Part shown: positions 52,623 to 55,193 of the stretch, piece by piece
Position numbering within the stretch: position 1 is the first letter of the stretch
Layout: each line of letters opens with the position of its first letter
NCBI GenBank assembly: GCA_002419025.1
Contig: DIFG01000005.1
Span: forward strand, 56,928 to 112,120
Source: Deltaproteobacteria bacterium UBA5754
GTDB lineage: Bacteria; Desulfobacterota; Dissulfuribacteria; Dissulfuribacterales; UBA5754
DNA length: 55,193 bases
Reading direction: 5' to 3'
Translations under genes and position numbers: made by a program
Notes under the pieces: model-generated
Database searches by the model: none
What the model was told of the DNA's origin: nothing
The model's input: only the letters and a program-made list of their open reading frames with translations

Positions 52623-54590
52623 ATGTCCGAGTTTGGTGCCTCATCCACACATTGGGTAACCCTTCCCGAAGGGGAACGAGCGGAGATCAGGCATGGCACC
52701 CCTGTAAGGGAGGTGCTTTCCCCAAGGCTGAGCAAGCGCCAGGCCAGGGAGCTTCTTCTCGCCCGTATGGACGGCAAGCTCGTGGATCTTGCCCATCCGG
52801 TGGAACGGGACTGTTCTCTGGAGCCGGTCTTTCCCGGAGATCCGGGCACCATCGAGATCATCCGTCATTCGACCGCCCATGTGATGGCTCAGGCGGTCAA
52901 GGAGCTTTTCCCTGGCGCGAAGGTGGCAATAGGTCCTGCCATCGAAAACGGTTTCTACTACGATTTCGATTACGAGCGCCCATTCACCCCGGAAGATCTT
53001 GTCCGCATCGAGGAAAGGATGAGGGAGATCGCCAAGGCGGCGTATCCCATCTCACGTGAGGTGCTCGGCATCCAAAAGGCACGAGAGATCTTTGTTTCCC
53101 GTGGGGAGATTTACAAGATCGAGCTCATCGACGAGCTTTCCCGGGCGGGGGAGGTAGAGGTCTCTCTGTATGGCCAGTCCGGTTTTCTCGATCTCTGCCG
53201 GGGCCCCCACGTACCGGACACGGGAAGGCTCGGGGCATTCAAGCTGACCGGCGTGGCCGGGGCCTATTGGCGGGGGGATGAGCGAAACCCCATGCTCCAG
53301 CGGATTTACGGGGTCTCCTTCCTGGACAAGAAGGAGCTTGCCGCCTATCTCGAGCGCATCGAGGAGGCCAAGAGGCGTGATCACCGAAGGATCGGCAAGG
53401 ATCTCGACCTCTTTTCCATCCAGGAGGAGATCGGCCCAGGCCTCATCCTCTGGCATCCGAAGGGGGCCATGCTCCGGCGGGTCATCGAAGATTTCTGGAA
53501 GGACGAGCACATACGACGCGGCTACGATCTCCTTTACACCCCCCACATAGCCAGGCGCGACCTGTGGAAGAGGAGCGGCCATCTCGATTTCTATGCGGAG
53601 AGCATGTACGCTCCCATGGTGATCGACGAGGTGAGCTATCAGATCAAGCCCATGAATTGCCCCTTTCACATCGCGGTGTACAACTCCCGCCGCAGGAGTT
53701 ACCGGGAACTTCCGCTCAGATGGTGCGAACTCGGGACCGTTTACCGCTACGAAAGGACCGGAACGCTCCATGGTCTCATGCGGGTGAGAGGGTTTACCCA
53801 GGATGACGCCCACGTCTTTTGCCGACCGGACCACCTGGATACCATGATCCACGAGATCCTCGAGCTCACTCTCTTTGTCCTCAGGGTCTTTGGCTTTGAC
53901 CGTTACGATATCTACCTCTCCACGCGGCCTGAGCGCTTCGTGGGGACCGAGGAGAACTGGGAGCGGGCGACCGCCGCCCTGGAAGGTGCGCTCAAGGCCG
54001 AGGGCCTTGCCTATGAGATCGACCCTGGCGAGGGGGTCTTTTACGGGCCCAAGATCGACATCAAGATTCGGGACTGTCTGGACCGTTCCTGGCAGTGTTC
54101 CACCATCCAGGTGGACTTCAACCTGCCCGAGAGGTTTGATGTGAACTATATTGGGGAAGACGGCCACCCACGGCAGGCCATCATGGTTCACCGTGCCCTA
54201 ATGGGTTCCATCGAGCGGTTCGTGGGCGTCCTCATCGAGCATTATGCAGGGGCCTTTCCCTTCTGGCTCGCCCCGGTCCAGGCCGTTGTCCTGACGGTGA
54301 CCGACCGTCAGGACGCGTGGGCCGTGGAGGTACAGAAAAGACTCAAGGCCTCTGGATTTCGGGTCGAAGCGGATCTCAGGAACGAAAAGCTGGGGAAGAA
54401 GATCCGCGAGGCCCAGTTGGTCAAGATTCCGTACATGCTTGTGGTCGGAGACAAGGAGATGCGTGAGGGCAGGCTGAATCCGCGCTCTCGCAGCGGAGAT
54501 GTGATAGGATCCATGACAGTTGAGGAATGTATCCAGCTCTTTACACGGGAATCCACACAATCAATGGGACAGGGAAGGAGGCCGGCCTGA
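52623..54590 (+). CDS. thrS: Threonine--tRNA ligase
   Basis: TGS domain, IIRHSTAHVMAQA, class II motifs (FHIAVY, GLMRVRGFTQDDAHVF, HRALMGSIERF) and an anticodon-binding domain. The ATG at 52623 follows TGGAGA. The ORF-track TTG at 52602 lies in the T-run. Confidence 0.95.
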   Translation: MSEFGASSTHWVTLPEGERAEIRHGTPVREVLSPRLSKRQARELLLARMDGKLVDLAHPVERDCSLEPVFPGDPGTIEIIRHSTAHVMAQAVKELFPGAKVAIGPAIENGFYYDFDYERPFTPEDLVRIEERMREIAKAAYPISREVLGIQKAREIFVSRGEIYKIELIDELSRAGEVEVSLYGQSGFLDLCRGPHVPDTGRLGAFKLTGVAGAYWRGDERNPMLQRIYGVSFLDKKELAAYLERIEEAKRRDHRRIGKDLDLFSIQEEIGPGLILWHPKGAMLRRVIEDFWKDEHIRRGYDLLYTPHIARRDLWKRSGHLDFYAESMYAPMVIDEVSYQIKPMNCPFHIAVYNSRRRSYRELPLRWCELGTVYRYERTGTLHGLMRVRGFTQDDAHVFCRPDHLDTMIHEILELTLFVLRVFGFDRYDIYLSTRPERFVGTEENWERATAALEGALKAEGLAYEIDPGEGVFYGPKIDIKIRDCLDRSWQCSTIQVDFNLPERFDVNYIGEDGHPRQAIMVHRALMGSIERFVGVLIEHYAGAFPFWLAPVQAVVLTVTDRQDAWAVEVQKRLKASGFRVEADLRNEKLGKKIREAQLVKIPYMLVVGDKEMREGRLNPRSRSGDVIGSMTVEECIQLFTRESTQSMGQGRRPA

Positions 54591-54620
54591 GGGCCCGGTC
54601 CGGAGCCAGGGAGGTGTAAT

Positions 54621-55136
54621 ATCGCAAAGGAATTGGAAGTTCGGGTGAATCGGCAGATTGACGCCCCACAGGTCAGGCTCATCGGCCAGGATGGGGAACA
54701 GCTTGGGATCATGTCTGCGCGGGAGGCGCTCCTTAAGGCCCAGGAACAGGGGCTGGATCTCGTGGAGGTCGCGGCCCAGGCAAAGCCGCCGGTCTGCAGG
54801 ATCATGAATTACGGCAAGTTCAAGTATGAACAGAGCAAAAGGGCGCAGGAGGCCAGGAAAAAGCAGAGCTTCATCCAGGTCAAGGAGATCAAGCTCAGGC
54901 CTCAGACCGATGTCCACGATCTCGATGTGAAGAAACGCCATATCCGTGCGTTTCTCAAGGAAGGGAACAAGGTCAAACTGACCCTCAGGTTTCGGGGTAG
55001 AGAAATTGTTCACAAGCACCTCGGTTTTGATGCACTTCAAAAGCTCTCCGAGGACCTTGCCGACGTGGCGGTCATAGAGGCAAGCCCCGCCCCTGAAGGG
55101 CGTACTCTGACCATGGTCATAGCGCCAAAAAAATGA
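54621..55136 (+). CDS. infC: Translation initiation factor IF-3, probably starting at a non-canonical AUC codon
   Basis: VNRQIDAPQVRLIGQDGEQLGIMSAREALLKAQEQGLDLVEV and the rest of IF-3. GGGAGG (54609-54614) lies 6 nt before ATC 54621. The first canonical codon (TTG 54633) is 18 nt from the SD. Confidence 0.88.
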   Translation: MAKELEVRVNRQIDAPQVRLIGQDGEQLGIMSAREALLKAQEQGLDLVEVAAQAKPPVCRIMNYGKFKYEQSKRAQEARKKQSFIQVKEIKLRPQTDVHDLDVKKRHIRAFLKEGNKVKLTLRFRGREIVHKHLGFDALQKLSEDLADVAVIEASPAPEGRTLTMVIAPKK

Positions 55137-55148
55137 GAACGGATAAAG

Positions 55149-55193
55149 GATGGTCCCGTACAAAAGTCCCAGATTCGTCATGCCGGACTTGAT
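55149..55193. mobile_element. MITE-like repeat family 1, second copy, cut by the window edge
   Basis: GATGGTCCCGTACAAAAGTCCCAGATTCGTCATGCCGGACTTGAT aligns with 1407-1450 (GATGGTCTCGTAAAAAGTCCCAGACTCGTCATGCCGGACTTGAT), with a few mismatches and one indel. Confidence 0.6.

Overview
This is a visibly GC-rich chromosomal segment. All calls come from reading the ORF translations and the DNA by eye; no searches were run. Gene content (RpoN-type flagellar hook genes, fused SecDF, KamA and TIGR01212 radical-SAM proteins, a small ferredoxin) and the intergenic repeat families suggest an anaerobic, flagellated Gram-negative of the Desulfobacterota (deltaproteobacterial) type. That taxonomic placement is inference only.

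I support about 50 CDS, two complete tRNAs (Pro-CGG, Val-GAC) and a tRNA-Leu-like 5' fragment at the left edge. Most genes are housekeeping: ribF, alaS, recA, cca, ihfA, aroD, murA, moaA, fabD, secDF, gatCA, lgt, thrS, infC.

The parts worth a second look are:
1. An 11-gene T2SS-like locus on the minus strand (order G-E-F-H-I-J-K-L-M-D-C-like). It is bracketed by direct copies of a 55-70 bp repeat and interrupted by a MITE-like palindromic element between gspJ and gspK.
2. A PadR regulator followed by a tandemly duplicated pair of Gly/Arg-rich DUF5320-type genes, behind a near-consensus promoter embedded in an 11-bp perfect inverted repeat.
3. A 936-aa Hsp70-like ATPase translationally coupled to a DUF3592-type membrane protein, preceded by a 20-bp perfect hairpin. 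It heads a very tightly packed gene string (RibD_C-like reductase, PP-loop ATPase, beta-lactamase-fold hydrolase, cca, radical SAM).
4. fliK-flgD-flgE behind a strong sigma-54 promoter match, with a perfect 62-bp duplicated core (66-bp period) inside fliK.
5. A small protein, an HDOD protein and a pseudo-receiver-GGDEF protein carrying a GGDD variant motif.
6. At least four short dispersed repeat families.

I saw no CRISPR array and no transposase, integrase or phage genes. Many long ORFs in the track are antisense shadows of real genes, and several real genes have ORF-track starts that are too far upstream.
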